A stretch of 64,000 nt of DNA. Source: an uncultured Clostridia bacterium. GTDB lineage: Bacteria > Bacillota > Clostridia > TANB77 > CAG-508. Each line of letters opens with the position of its first letter. Positions within the stretch are counted from its first letter, which is position 1. This document shows positions 29,454 through 38,426 of this stretch, piece after piece. The DNA lies in assembly GCA_948805675.1 (NCBI GenBank), contig CAQIBN010000008.1, forward strand, positions 7,115 through 71,114, given 5' to 3'. The notes beneath the pieces were generated by a model. The model saw nothing but the letters and a program-made list of their open reading frames with translations. It did not search any database and was not told the origin of the DNA. Both the position numbers and the translations under genes were made by a program.

Positions 29454-31508
29454 ATGGAACGGAATGAAATACAAGCCTTAGAGGCAAATTTTAGAGCAAG
29501 TAATTTTTTATCTGTTGCACAACTTTTTTTAAATTCTAATGTCGATATAAATAAATTAAAGCAAGAGGATTTAAAAGAAAAAGTTTTTGGACATTGGGGA
29601 TGTTGCCCTGGAATTAACTATTGTTATGCACATCTCAATAGGTTAATTAGAAAAACGAAAATAGTGCCTAATATTATTATAGGTACAGGACACAGTTCGC
29701 CTGCATTAATATCAAACCTTTATATAAATGGAAGTTTAGGAAAAATGTATCCTAGATATAAGTATGGTTTGGAAGGAATGAACAATCTTATTAGTGATTT
29801 TGGTAAGAATATGATTTTGCAAACTGAAATTTCTCCTCTATTGCCAGAGGTAATATTAGCTGGCGGAGAATTAGGAAATGCAATATCTGTTAGTATGGGA
29901 ACAGTTATCAATAATCCAAAACAAACAACTTTAACAATTGTCGGAGATGGAGAATTTGAAGCTGGAACTACACTTTCTTCTTTATTATGTAATCAGTTGA
30001 TAAATCCTAAAAATGATGGCTTCTTAGTAATTATGATAAATTTAAATGGGTATAAAATGACAAGTAGATCTTTAATAAGTCTAAATGAAGATTTTGCAGG
30101 ACTACTTGAAAGTTTTGGATATGAAGTATTTAATACCTCTATAAATAATCATGAAGAAACTGGGAGAATCTTTGACGAGATTGCAAACCGTCAAAAAGAA
30201 TGGTATGAAGGAGAAAAAACAAAGATTCCTATTGTGATACTGAAATCGCCAAAAGGATTTTCAGCTCCAGAAACGATAGACGGATTAGCGTTTGTAAATA
30301 GCCATCTGAGTCATAAAGTTTCTACACTCAAAATACCAAAAGATATTAAAAATTCTGTAGAAATTATTCAAAAATGGTTGATGAGCTATAAACCTGAATC
30401 ATTATTTGTTAATGGAGTACCGAGCAATATGGTTTTAGAAAATATTCCTAAAATCAAAAAAAATAATGTAGAAAAGAATATTAGAAATGCAAAAAGAATT
30501 AACATTAATAGTTTTCCATCAAACGAAATGAAAGCATTATCAAAATATTTTATAGAATCTACTGATGAAGATTTTTTGATTTTCAGCCCTGATGAATCTA
30601 TTTCAAATGGACTAAATGATTTTGTAAACCAATATGGGATACGATATAATGCAGAAATTAATAGTTCTATAAGGGTAAAAGAAAAAGGAAGAATTGTCGA
30701 AATTCTAAATGAAGTGATATGTATAACTATGTTATACGGATACTTGAATAGTGGAGGAGATGGAGTATTTATTACTTATGAAGCTTTTTCTCCATTAGTT
30801 TCTAGTTTCTTATCACAATGTTATAAATTTTATAAGCAACAAAAAGAAGGAAATGTAAAAGAAATACACAATTCTTTAAAAATTATTATCACTAGTTTAG
30901 GATGGAGAAATACTTACACACACCAAAATCCAGATTTATTGAATACTCTATTAAGTAAAGAATCTGAATATGTTAAAATTTATTTTCCATCAGAAGCAAA
31001 ACAAGCAATTCTTTGTTTTGAAGAGATGAAACGAGCTAAAAATTCTATACAAGTGTTATATCTTACTAAAACAGAGGTAAATACCTATAGAACAATGGAA
31101 CAAGCTAAAACAGATGTCAAAAGAGGATATTGGATTAAGAAGTTTAAGAATACAAATAGTTCTAATAAAATCTTATTAATAGCAATAGGAGATATTATAA
31201 CTAATGAATGTTTAAAAGCTTCAGAATTAATATCTGATAGAGATATTGATGTCTTAAGTATAATAAAATCAGATTGTTTACAAGAACTAAATATAGATAT
31301 AAAAAAATATCATAAAGTTCTAGTGTATTGTACTGGATATTGTGATATAATCCGAGGTGAATTATCTAAAATGTTTGATACAACAAAATGGCTATTTAAA
31401 GGTTATAACGATTCTACATATGGTACATATAAAAATGTACTTGAAAGTAATGGAATCGATATGCAAAGTATAACAAGAGATATTAAGGAGGATTATTATG
31501 AACTTTAG
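29454..31508 (+). CDS. Short, divergent phosphoketolase (XFP)-family thiamine-diphosphate enzyme
   Basis: Motifs in phosphoketolase order are FRASNFLSVAQLFL, GHWGCCPG, GTGHSSPA, GGELGNA, IVGDGEFEAGT, LNGYKM, TYEAFSPL and WRNTYTHQNPD. It is 684 aa, versus roughly 790-820 aa for canonical XFP. Confidence 0.75.
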   Translation: MERNEIQALEANFRASNFLSVAQLFLNSNVDINKLKQEDLKEKVFGHWGCCPGINYCYAHLNRLIRKTKIVPNIIIGTGHSSPALISNLYINGSLGKMYPRYKYGLEGMNNLISDFGKNMILQTEISPLLPEVILAGGELGNAISVSMGTVINNPKQTTLTIVGDGEFEAGTTLSSLLCNQLINPKNDGFLVIMINLNGYKMTSRSLISLNEDFAGLLESFGYEVFNTSINNHEETGRIFDEIANRQKEWYEGEKTKIPIVILKSPKGFSAPETIDGLAFVNSHLSHKVSTLKIPKDIKNSVEIIQKWLMSYKPESLFVNGVPSNMVLENIPKIKKNNVEKNIRNAKRININSFPSNEMKALSKYFIESTDEDFLIFSPDESISNGLNDFVNQYGIRYNAEINSSIRVKEKGRIVEILNEVICITMLYGYLNSGGDGVFITYEAFSPLVSSFLSQCYKFYKQQKEGNVKEIHNSLKIIITSLGWRNTYTHQNPDLLNTLLSKESEYVKIYFPSEAKQAILCFEEMKRAKNSIQVLYLTKTEVNTYRTMEQAKTDVKRGYWIKKFKNTNSSNKILLIAIGDIITNECLKASELISDRDIDVLSIIKSDCLQELNIDIKKYHKVLVYCTGYCDIIRGELSKMFDTTKWLFKGYNDSTYGTYKNVLESNGIDMQSITRDIKEDYYEL

Positions 31509-32367
31509 AGGAGAAAAACTATTTGATGCATCTTTTGACAAATTCGCAAAGACCTATGATGATGTTAGACCAAGGTATCCTATCCAATTGTACAAAGATA
31601 TTCAGAGATTTTGTGATATTTCATCTCAGACTAATCTACTTGAGATAGGAACAGGAAGTGGAATTGCAACAGAAGAAATTGCAAAACTAAACCCAGAAAT
31701 TATCACAGTAGAACCAGGAGAAAACTTGGTAGAAGTTGCAAAGCAGAATTTGTCAAAATATCGCAATATTCAATTTATTTGTGATACATTTGAAAATTGT
31801 GATTTTAAGGAAAGTCAATTTGATATCATTTTATCAGCGACTACTTTTCATTGGTTAGAGAAGGAGAGCAAATACTATGATTGCTATAAATATTTAAAAG
31901 ATAATGGCTTTTTGGTATTATTCTGGAATAGCTTTTGCCGTGAAAACTCGCAGATTATGAAAGAAATTGATGAAGTTTATGCTAGAAATTTATCTGAGAC
32001 ATATGAAAAAAAATCTGATGTTAACAGAGGTGTTTTAGATAAGGTAATAAAAAGAGAACAAGAATTAATTCAAAGTGAATATTTCTACATTTCAGCATTA
32101 AAGAGATACAAGACTGAATATCAATATAATGCTGATAGTTACGTAGCTTTGTTAAATACCTATCCTAAAATTATAAAGTTGGAATCAGAAGTGAGAGATA
32201 AGTTTTTAGCAGAAATAAAGGAAGTAATCGTAAAAAATGGAAACAGGATAACAATACCTATTTTAACAAGTTTATATATTTGCAGGAAAAGGGAGGAATT
32301 TACTAATGATTTAGGTTGCCAAAAAGCAAATTTATATTCTTCAGAAAAAATAGACATGAGCTTATAA
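31498..32367 (+). CDS. Class I SAM-dependent methyltransferase
   Basis: Motif I is LLEIGTGSGIAT and a post-I acidic residue is present. It overlaps the upstream gene by 11 nt. Confidence 0.85.
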   Translation: MNFRGEKLFDASFDKFAKTYDDVRPRYPIQLYKDIQRFCDISSQTNLLEIGTGSGIATEEIAKLNPEIITVEPGENLVEVAKQNLSKYRNIQFICDTFENCDFKESQFDIILSATTFHWLEKESKYYDCYKYLKDNGFLVLFWNSFCRENSQIMKEIDEVYARNLSETYEKKSDVNRGVLDKVIKREQELIQSEYFYISALKRYKTEYQYNADSYVALLNTYPKIIKLESEVRDKFLAEIKEVIVKNGNRITIPILTSLYICRKREEFTNDLGCQKANLYSSEKIDMSL

Positions 32368-32380
32368 GGAGGAATTTATT

Positions 32381-33481
32381 ATGATTAAAAACTTTGAAGA
32401 ATTGATAACTTTGTCGAAAAAATATGGAGTACCAAAAGAAGATATCTTATTTATGGATATGAATTTAAGTGGTCTCAATGCAACAGATGATTTAGATCGG
32501 GTTAGATTTGCTTTAAAATTAGATATCAATAATGAATTATTTGATTTAGCAAGTAAAAAATCAATTGAGAATTATTACTTTGCTTTACCAGTTAAATCAG
32601 AGTCTAATTATCAGGTTAATGATAATAGGTTGATGTTTAAAGATGAAATGATTGTAGGTGAAGTTGGAACATTAACAGAAGATTTCTGTGATTCTTCTTA
32701 TTCAAGAAGAGGAGGAACAGTATTAAATGTTAATCCAAATGCGCGTACTTCTTGTAGAGGGTGTAAGTTCTGTTATACAGCGTATCAAACAGCAAGGGAC
32801 AAGAAAAAGTTGACTGATAGAAAATCACTTGAAGAATTTTTTGATAAATGGTTACTCAGTCATGAACTTTCTGATTTAAGTCATATATTACAAATTGCTA
32901 TTGTAACAGGCTGTTTTGATTCAGAACAAGATGTAGTGAATTTTTTATTATTATTAAATGATGTACTTAAAAAGTATTCATTTAGAGGAGAAATATTCTA
33001 TCTTGGTTCACAAATAACTACAAGAGAATCATTAGAAAAACTTTTGCCTATAAAAAAATTTGGATATTGTATTTCTTTGGAATGCTTTGAAAATCGAGAA
33101 TATTTTTTAAGAGATAAAAAAAGAAAATTTACATTAGAAAATATAATTGATACATTAGGCACTGCTAAAGAATTGGGATTCCGAACTAATTTTACTTATA
33201 TCGTAGGATTGGAAGATTTGGAAACCATAAAGAGAAATTTTGAAAAAATGATTCATTATATTAATAGTTTCCCAATTATCAATATTTTTCAAGAGCATAA
33301 ATATCATAAAAGAATTAGGCATGAAACCGCAAATAATATGGAATATTATCTGCAAGCTAGGAAAATTATGGAGGAAATATTCTTACCGACTGAAATGAGA
33401 CCTAGACCTTGGGAAGATTATCGTTCTTTATGGTATCTAAAATTTGCAAATGAAGAATTGGATGATATTCGTACACCATAA
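32381..33481 (+). CDS. Radical-SAM-like Fe-S protein with unusual CX2CX2C spacing
   Basis: Its only Cys cluster is NARTSCRGCKFCYTAY. An AGGAGG SD is present and it starts 13 nt after the methyltransferase stop. Confidence 0.5.
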   Translation: MIKNFEELITLSKKYGVPKEDILFMDMNLSGLNATDDLDRVRFALKLDINNELFDLASKKSIENYYFALPVKSESNYQVNDNRLMFKDEMIVGEVGTLTEDFCDSSYSRRGGTVLNVNPNARTSCRGCKFCYTAYQTARDKKKLTDRKSLEEFFDKWLLSHELSDLSHILQIAIVTGCFDSEQDVVNFLLLLNDVLKKYSFRGEIFYLGSQITTRESLEKLLPIKKFGYCISLECFENREYFLRDKKRKFTLENIIDTLGTAKELGFRTNFTYIVGLEDLETIKRNFEKMIHYINSFPIINIFQEHKYHKRIRHETANNMEYYLQARKIMEEIFLPTEMRPRPWEDYRSLWYLKFANEELDDIRTP

Positions 33482-33495
33482 TAATAGTTAAAACG

Positions 33496-33540
33496 AAACA
33501 AACCTAGTATCTTAAATAAGAACTAGGTTTGTTTTGTTAT
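33496..33540 (+). terminator. Terminator of the cargo operon
   Basis: AAACAAACCTAGT...ACTAGGTTTGTTT followed by a T-rich tail. Confidence 0.8.
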
Positions 33541-33557
33541 CTATAAAAATTATAGTT

Positions 33558-33899
33558 TTACAAGTACATTTCATCTGATTTATTTTCTAATTCATATTCA
33601 ATTTGCTTTTCTGGATTAATAAAAGTATTAGTTTCTTTTTGAAAATCTCTAATAAGGTTATCTTCTTCACTAATGGCAAACTTTTTACAAACCCAATTTA
33701 TAAATTTTTCAAGAGTTTCCATAAATTTATTTATAATTTTGTTTAAATAGATATTTTCTTTTAGTAAATTATCATATTTCTTGTTAAAATTTTGTTCTAA
33801 TTCTTTAACTTTAATATTATAATCATTTTCAAGTTGCTGTGCTTGTTTATTATAATTTTTTTCTAATTTAATGTATTTGTCAAGTGAAATTTGGACCAA
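33558..33899 (-). CDS. Coiled-coil hypothetical protein, probably 5'-truncated by the IS21 end
   Basis: The frame opens with a TTG exactly at the IS21-type end repeats (GGACCA...GGACCA at 33895-33925). Confidence 0.35.
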   Translation of the reverse strand: MVQISLDKYIKLEKNYNKQAQQLENDYNIKVKELEQNFNKKYDNLLKENIYLNKIINKFMETLEKFINWVCKKFAISEEDNLIRDFQKETNTFINPEKQIEYELENKSDEMYL

Positions 33900-33945
33900 G
33901 TTATATTTGAAAAACGGACCACTTTTTCAAAATATAAAAAATTAG

Positions 33946-34689
33946 TTATTTATTCTCTTTCCAAAATAGAGTTTCCTCATATCGATGGCTAACATCTCTT
34001 GATATATCTAATATATGAGCCTTGTATGCTAATCTGTCAACCATAGCCCCTGTAAGCATTGCATCTTTAAATATCTCCTCCCATCTATCAAATGTTAAAT
34101 TTGTTGTTATTATTATTGAGCCTTTATCATTTCTATTTGATAATAAATTGAATAATATTTCACAACCTTCTTTATCGAATGAAACATACCCTAATTCATC
34201 TAATATTACTAAATCATATTTTTCGAATTTTCTTTTATATGCATTTAAGGCACTCCTACTTAAGGCTTCTCGTAGTTCTATTATTAAATTTGGAACAGAT
34301 ACAAATAGCACACTTTTTCCTTCTATACATGCTTTCATTCCTAATCCTATTGCATAATGTGTTTTTCCTGCTCCTGGTGTTCCAATTAGAATTATATTTT
34401 CTTTTTTGTCTATAAACTCTAATGTTTCAAGTTCATCAAATTCTTTAATAAATTCTGCCTTATACTTTTTTCTGTCAAAATCTTCTAAATATTTTTTGAT
34501 AGGGAATTTGGCATATGTTATTCGTTTTTTTACTCCATTTTCTTTCCTTTGGTTTATTTCTTTTTCTAGTAGTTCATCTAAAAATATTCCCACATCTTTT
34601 TTCGTTTGTCTTGCTTCTTTTATCTCTTCTTCGTAATTTTTAAATATATATGATAATTTTAATATTTTACTATTTTCTTTTATATTCAT
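33946..34689 (-). CDS. istB: IS21-family helper ATPase IstB
   Basis: It has Walker A GTPGAGKTH and Walker B LVILDELGY, and an ATGA overlap with the upstream istA remnant. Confidence 0.9.
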   Translation of the reverse strand: MNIKENSKILKLSYIFKNYEEEIKEARQTKKDVGIFLDELLEKEINQRKENGVKKRITYAKFPIKKYLEDFDRKKYKAEFIKEFDELETLEFIDKKENIILIGTPGAGKTHYAIGLGMKACIEGKSVLFVSVPNLIIELREALSRSALNAYKRKFEKYDLVILDELGYVSFDKEGCEILFNLLSNRNDKGSIIITTNLTFDRWEEIFKDAMLTGAMVDRLAYKAHILDISRDVSHRYEETLFWKENK

Positions 34690-35040
34690 TTATTTACCAC
34701 TCCTATCATTATTTGGTTATACATAGATGTTTGTACTCTTGTTAAATTATTTATATCTTTACTATATTTGGCAATATTAGCTAAATTTTCCGAATCACTT
34801 ATTAGTATTTTTTGAATTTCTTCAGATGATTTTTCTTTATTTTTTTCTATTATATCTATGAATTTCTTTGGATTATTGCTATAATATCTATCGTAGATGG
34901 ATTTTAGTTTTGGATTACTTTTTAAAACATATGAGTTTTTCAAAGCTCCTGGTTTGAAGGTAAGTGTTTTTAAATAATGTCTAATATCGGCACTTATCTT
35001 CTTAGTTCCATCTACTTTTTTATGCTCACATACAAATTCA
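34686..35040 (-). pseudogene. istA: IS21-family transposase IstA, C-terminal fragment only
   Basis: The fragment reads ...EFVCEHKKVDGTKKISADIRHYLKTLTFKPGALKNSYVLKSNPKLKSIYDRYY.... No catalytic DDE part lies upstream. Confidence 0.65.
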
Positions 35041-35404
35041 TTATTTGAGTAAATTAAAATCTTGTTGTAATATATTCTTTAAAAATTTCTTTTCTTTCTC
35101 AATAAAATTAGCTAATTTTATATCATTTCCTATTTTTACATTTGTTCCTTTTGCTGTTTCATTCTCTTCATTTCTTCTTTGTGCTACTTCTGCACAATAC
35201 TTCCATATTGGTAAGTATGAAGTTTCTAATTCTATTAGTCCTAATTTTATTTCTCTACTTATTGTTGTTCTATGCTTTCCTAATATTTCACCTATTTGCG
35301 TATAATTTAAATGTTGATCATTATACAATGTTTCAATTTTTATTTTCTTTATACGTTAGTTGTTTAAATTCTCTTTTATTTGTGATATACTTTTCTTGAC
35401 ACAT
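35041..35404 (-). pseudogene. IS30-family transposase, N-terminal HTH fragment with a frameshift
   Basis: GGAGG is followed by MCQEKYITNKREFKQLTYKENKN*. The +1 frame then gives IETLYNDQHLNYTQIGEILGKHRTTISREIKLG...AEVAQRRNEE. The shift lies in an A5 run and the gene is truncated at about 35041. Confidence 0.6.
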
Positions 35405-35611
35405 AATTAAAAACCTCCAATGTTTAGTCTCGCAACTAACATTTTATTTGATTTTTAATTATGTGTCTATATTTTTATGTCTACAACGTGCATTTAATTA
35501 TACAATATTTAGTATTCATAGTAAAATATAAGGAAAGACAAAGAAAAATGATTGACATTTTACATAATATATTATATAATGTTTTTACAAAAAAATTTGG
35601 AAGTGTTCTTT

Positions 35612-35914
35612 ATGGATCAAACAACATGGGTAATTCAGGTATTAGATGATTCAAATAACAGGAGCATTGAATACCAGAATCGGTCCTGGCTTCGTCAGAA
35701 TGTAGAAAAGTTACACATTCGTGTTTGCGTAGAAGACTGTGTAGCAAATACTTTTGACATCGCAGAGGAATGGGCAAAAGAAGGCTCAATTCTTATTCAG
35801 GAAGGCAAGAGAATTCAGTTCAAAGCTGATTTCCATCCTGGAAAAGAGGCTTTACTGCTCATTAATCTCAAAGAAGACGGATATTTGGTATTTCTATACT
35901 CCCCAAAGGAATGA
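35612..35914 (+). CDS. Hypothetical 100-aa protein in a visibly G+C-richer patch
   Basis: The sequence starts MDQTTWVIQVLDDSNNRSIEYQNRSWLRQNVEKLHIRVCVEDCVANTFDIAEEWAKEG. A GGAAGTG SD is present. Its composition departs from the surrounding DNA. Confidence 0.5.
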   Translation: MDQTTWVIQVLDDSNNRSIEYQNRSWLRQNVEKLHIRVCVEDCVANTFDIAEEWAKEGSILIQEGKRIQFKADFHPGKEALLLINLKEDGYLVFLYSPKE

Positions 35915-35925
35915 AAAGCGGAGGG

Positions 35926-36021
35926 GCTATGCCCACTGCCAACAACTTAAGAAAAAATAGTGTAATTACTAAAGAAAATAATTACACTATTTTTTCTTAA
36001 GTTGTTGGCAGTGAGCATAGC
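35926..36021. repeat. Very long palindrome (35-bp perfect arms, 43 bp with one mismatch) at the island edge
   Basis: CACTGCCAACAACTTAAGAAAAAATAGTGTAATTA (35934-35968), a 10-nt loop, then the exact reverse complement (35979-36013). Confidence 0.85.
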
Positions 36022-36111
36022 TGTGGGTTTATCATTAAAGTTAAAAAAAGGACATAGAACCTTTTCTATATCCTTTTATATGAATTCATATATCTATATA
36101 AATTTCACAAA

Positions 36112-36393
36112 TTATTTTTTCTTATTAACTAAATCTTTTAATGCTTTACCAGCTTTGAATACTGGAGCTTTTGATGCAGGTATTTTTATTTCTTCTTTAG
36201 TTTGTGGGTTTCTTCCTTTTCTAGCTGCTCTTTTTCTTACTTCAAAAGAACCAAATCCAACTAGTTGAACTTTTTCTCCCTTTGCTAAAGATTCTGTAAC
36301 AACCTCGATAAAAGCATTTAATGTTGCTTCAGCATCTTTTTTTGTTTCGTTTGTCTTAGCAGCTATTGCCGCGATTAAATCAGATTTGTTCAT
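36112..36393 (-). CDS. hup: DNA-binding protein HU
   Basis: The sequence is [65 protein letters not shown]. Confidence 0.93.
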   Translation of the reverse strand: MNKSDLIAAIAAKTNETKKDAEATLNAFIEVVTESLAKGEKVQLVGFGSFEVRKRAARKGRNPQTKEEIKIPASKAPVFKAGKALKDLVNKKK

Positions 36394-36547
36394 TATACAT
36401 TCCTCCTATAGTTTTTCATCTATGTAGATTACTTAATTATCTACTATTATCAATATTCGCCAAAGTTATATAAAATCCTTCTTTTTTTTCCTTATTTTTC
36501 TTCTCAAAGCTTTATCTCTGTAAGTTTTGTTTGTTTTTTATGATTAA

Positions 36548-38242
36548 TTACTGATTTTTAGGTACTTTTTGTAACTTATATAATCCTATTTTTTCCAAAA
36601 TAAAATATATCTTTGCCCCAAATGGTATCATACTTATTTCTTCTTTATTAAATATTTTTAGAGATATTATAGCTAAGAAGTATATAACTATAGCTACTAC
36701 AAGTGATATTATTATAGACAATTTTTCTATAATTATTCCAGATAAATAATTATAGACCCAAAAAGAACAAATTCCCATCATTAATGTTGCTATAATTGGC
36801 TTAATTACAAATTTTTTAAAATTCAAATTTAATTTTATATTTTTTCTTAAAATTTTAAATCCTATAAAAAAGGCTATAATATGACAAATTGTTGTTGCAA
36901 AAGCAGCTCCTACAGCTCCACCTATTATACATACCTCTTGTGGTATAGATACTAAAACCAAGTTTAAAATAATTTTTATAACGACTCCAAAAGATAGTGC
37001 AAAAGCTGGTACAAAAGCCTTTCCTATTCCTTGTAAAGCTCCATTTACAGTTTGCTCAAGTGCTGTAAATATTATTGAAATTGCTGCTATTTGGAATATT
37101 GTTTCTCCTGAACTAGCATTTGGAAATAAAAGAGAAAGAATTGGTTTTGCAAAAATTATCATTCCTATTGTACATGGAAGCCCAATTAATATTGTTACTA
37201 ATAAAGAAAAAGATATTCTCTTTTTTCCAGTTTCAATATCATTTCTAGCAATAGAACTTGATAATGCTGGAACTAAAGCTGTAGCAAATGCTATATTAAA
37301 TGATAATGGCAATGTTATTAGAGTATCTACTTTACCACTTAATATTCCATATTGTATTTTTGCATCTTGTTCTGATAAATAACGTTTTAATCCCCTTACA
37401 ACAGTCATAGAATCCACATTTTTATTAACAGATGTTAATATTGAACTTAAAGACATAGGAATTGATACTAATAATATATTCTTTAAAATATATCTTACAC
37501 GATTACATTTATAATTAACAGATGTTTTTACTTCATATGCTATTTCTCTTTTTCTAATTTTATAATACCTATACAAATAAACAAAACTTGCAATTGTTGC
37601 TAAAGTTGTTGCAAAATTTGCTCCTGCTGCCATTAGTGTAGTATTTATTCCAGAAGTAATTCCAATAGCTTCTACTAAAATCACACTAAAAACTGTTTTA
37701 AACAATTGCTCTATAGTTTGTGAATTTGCTGTTGCCTTCATTGTTTGCTTTCCATTAAAATATCCTCTTATTACTGAAATTATTGAAACAAAAAAGATTG
37801 ATGGAGAAAGCGAAATTAAACTAAGCTCTGCTTCTGGAATTTGCAAAAGCACATTTGCAATATACTTAGCACCAAAAAATAAAATTAAAGTACCTAAAAA
37901 ACCAATAAATCCAAATGTTATAAATGATATTTTAAAAATTTTATGAGCTCCTCTATTATCACCTATTGAAGTCCTTTCAGATACTAATTTTGCAACTGCA
38001 TTTGGTACTCCAATTGATGATAAAGTTAAAAGTAATGCATAAATTTGAAAACCTGAACTATATATTGCATTTCCTTCATCTCCAAAGCCTTGCTTATTTG
38101 TTAAATATAATTTATATATTAAACCTAATAATTTTATTAACACCTGCGAAAAAATAAGTGCGATAATCCCCTGCATAAACCCCTCTTTTTTCATTTTTAT
38201 CTTTTTGTTTTGCATAAATTCCTCCATTCTCATAATTTTCAT
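36548..38242 (-). CDS. SpoVB/MurJ-like MOP-superfamily flippase
   Basis: It is a protein of about 550 aa with about 14 TM helices. The gene-order context (hup ... S1 protein) resembles the yabM/spoVB neighbourhood. The start is uncertain, with several in-frame Met codons. Confidence 0.7.
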   Translation of the reverse strand: MKIMRMEEFMQNKKIKMKKEGFMQGIIALIFSQVLIKLLGLIYKLYLTNKQGFGDEGNAIYSSGFQIYALLLTLSSIGVPNAVAKLVSERTSIGDNRGAHKIFKISFITFGFIGFLGTLILFFGAKYIANVLLQIPEAELSLISLSPSIFFVSIISVIRGYFNGKQTMKATANSQTIEQLFKTVFSVILVEAIGITSGINTTLMAAGANFATTLATIASFVYLYRYYKIRKREIAYEVKTSVNYKCNRVRYILKNILLVSIPMSLSSILTSVNKNVDSMTVVRGLKRYLSEQDAKIQYGILSGKVDTLITLPLSFNIAFATALVPALSSSIARNDIETGKKRISFSLLVTILIGLPCTIGMIIFAKPILSLLFPNASSGETIFQIAAISIIFTALEQTVNGALQGIGKAFVPAFALSFGVVIKIILNLVLVSIPQEVCIIGGAVGAAFATTICHIIAFFIGFKILRKNIKLNLNFKKFVIKPIIATLMMGICSFWVYNYLSGIIIEKLSIIISLVVAIVIYFLAIISLKIFNKEEISMIPFGAKIYFILEKIGLYKLQKVPKNQ

Positions 38243-38426
38243 ACTCTAATAGAGAGTTGTTTAAACCTAATATTTTTCCATTTCTATATTTTATTTGCAG
38301 TTTATAACTATTATTATATTTTTACTAAAAAAACATCTAAAATCATTAAAATATTATATATCTTTTTTTGCTAAACTACTTGTTTTTTTGCTAATTTTAT
38401 AGGATAATATAAATGTATGATTTTAA

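Larger units (their letters stand above)
25433..36021. mobile_element. Degraded integrative element / genomic island next to the tRNA-Leu 3' end
   Basis: It contains int (decayed), xis, HTH regulators, a cargo operon, IS21 and IS30 remnants, a visibly G+C-richer ORF and a terminal long palindrome. The backbone resumes with hup. The far boundary is inferred; no att direct repeat was found. Confidence 0.6.

Noticed and set aside
35754-36268. ORFs 35754-35960 and 36002-36268.
   Set aside because: The first is an alternative frame of the G+C-rich ORF running into the palindrome. The second is antisense to hup. Neither has an SD or recognisable features.
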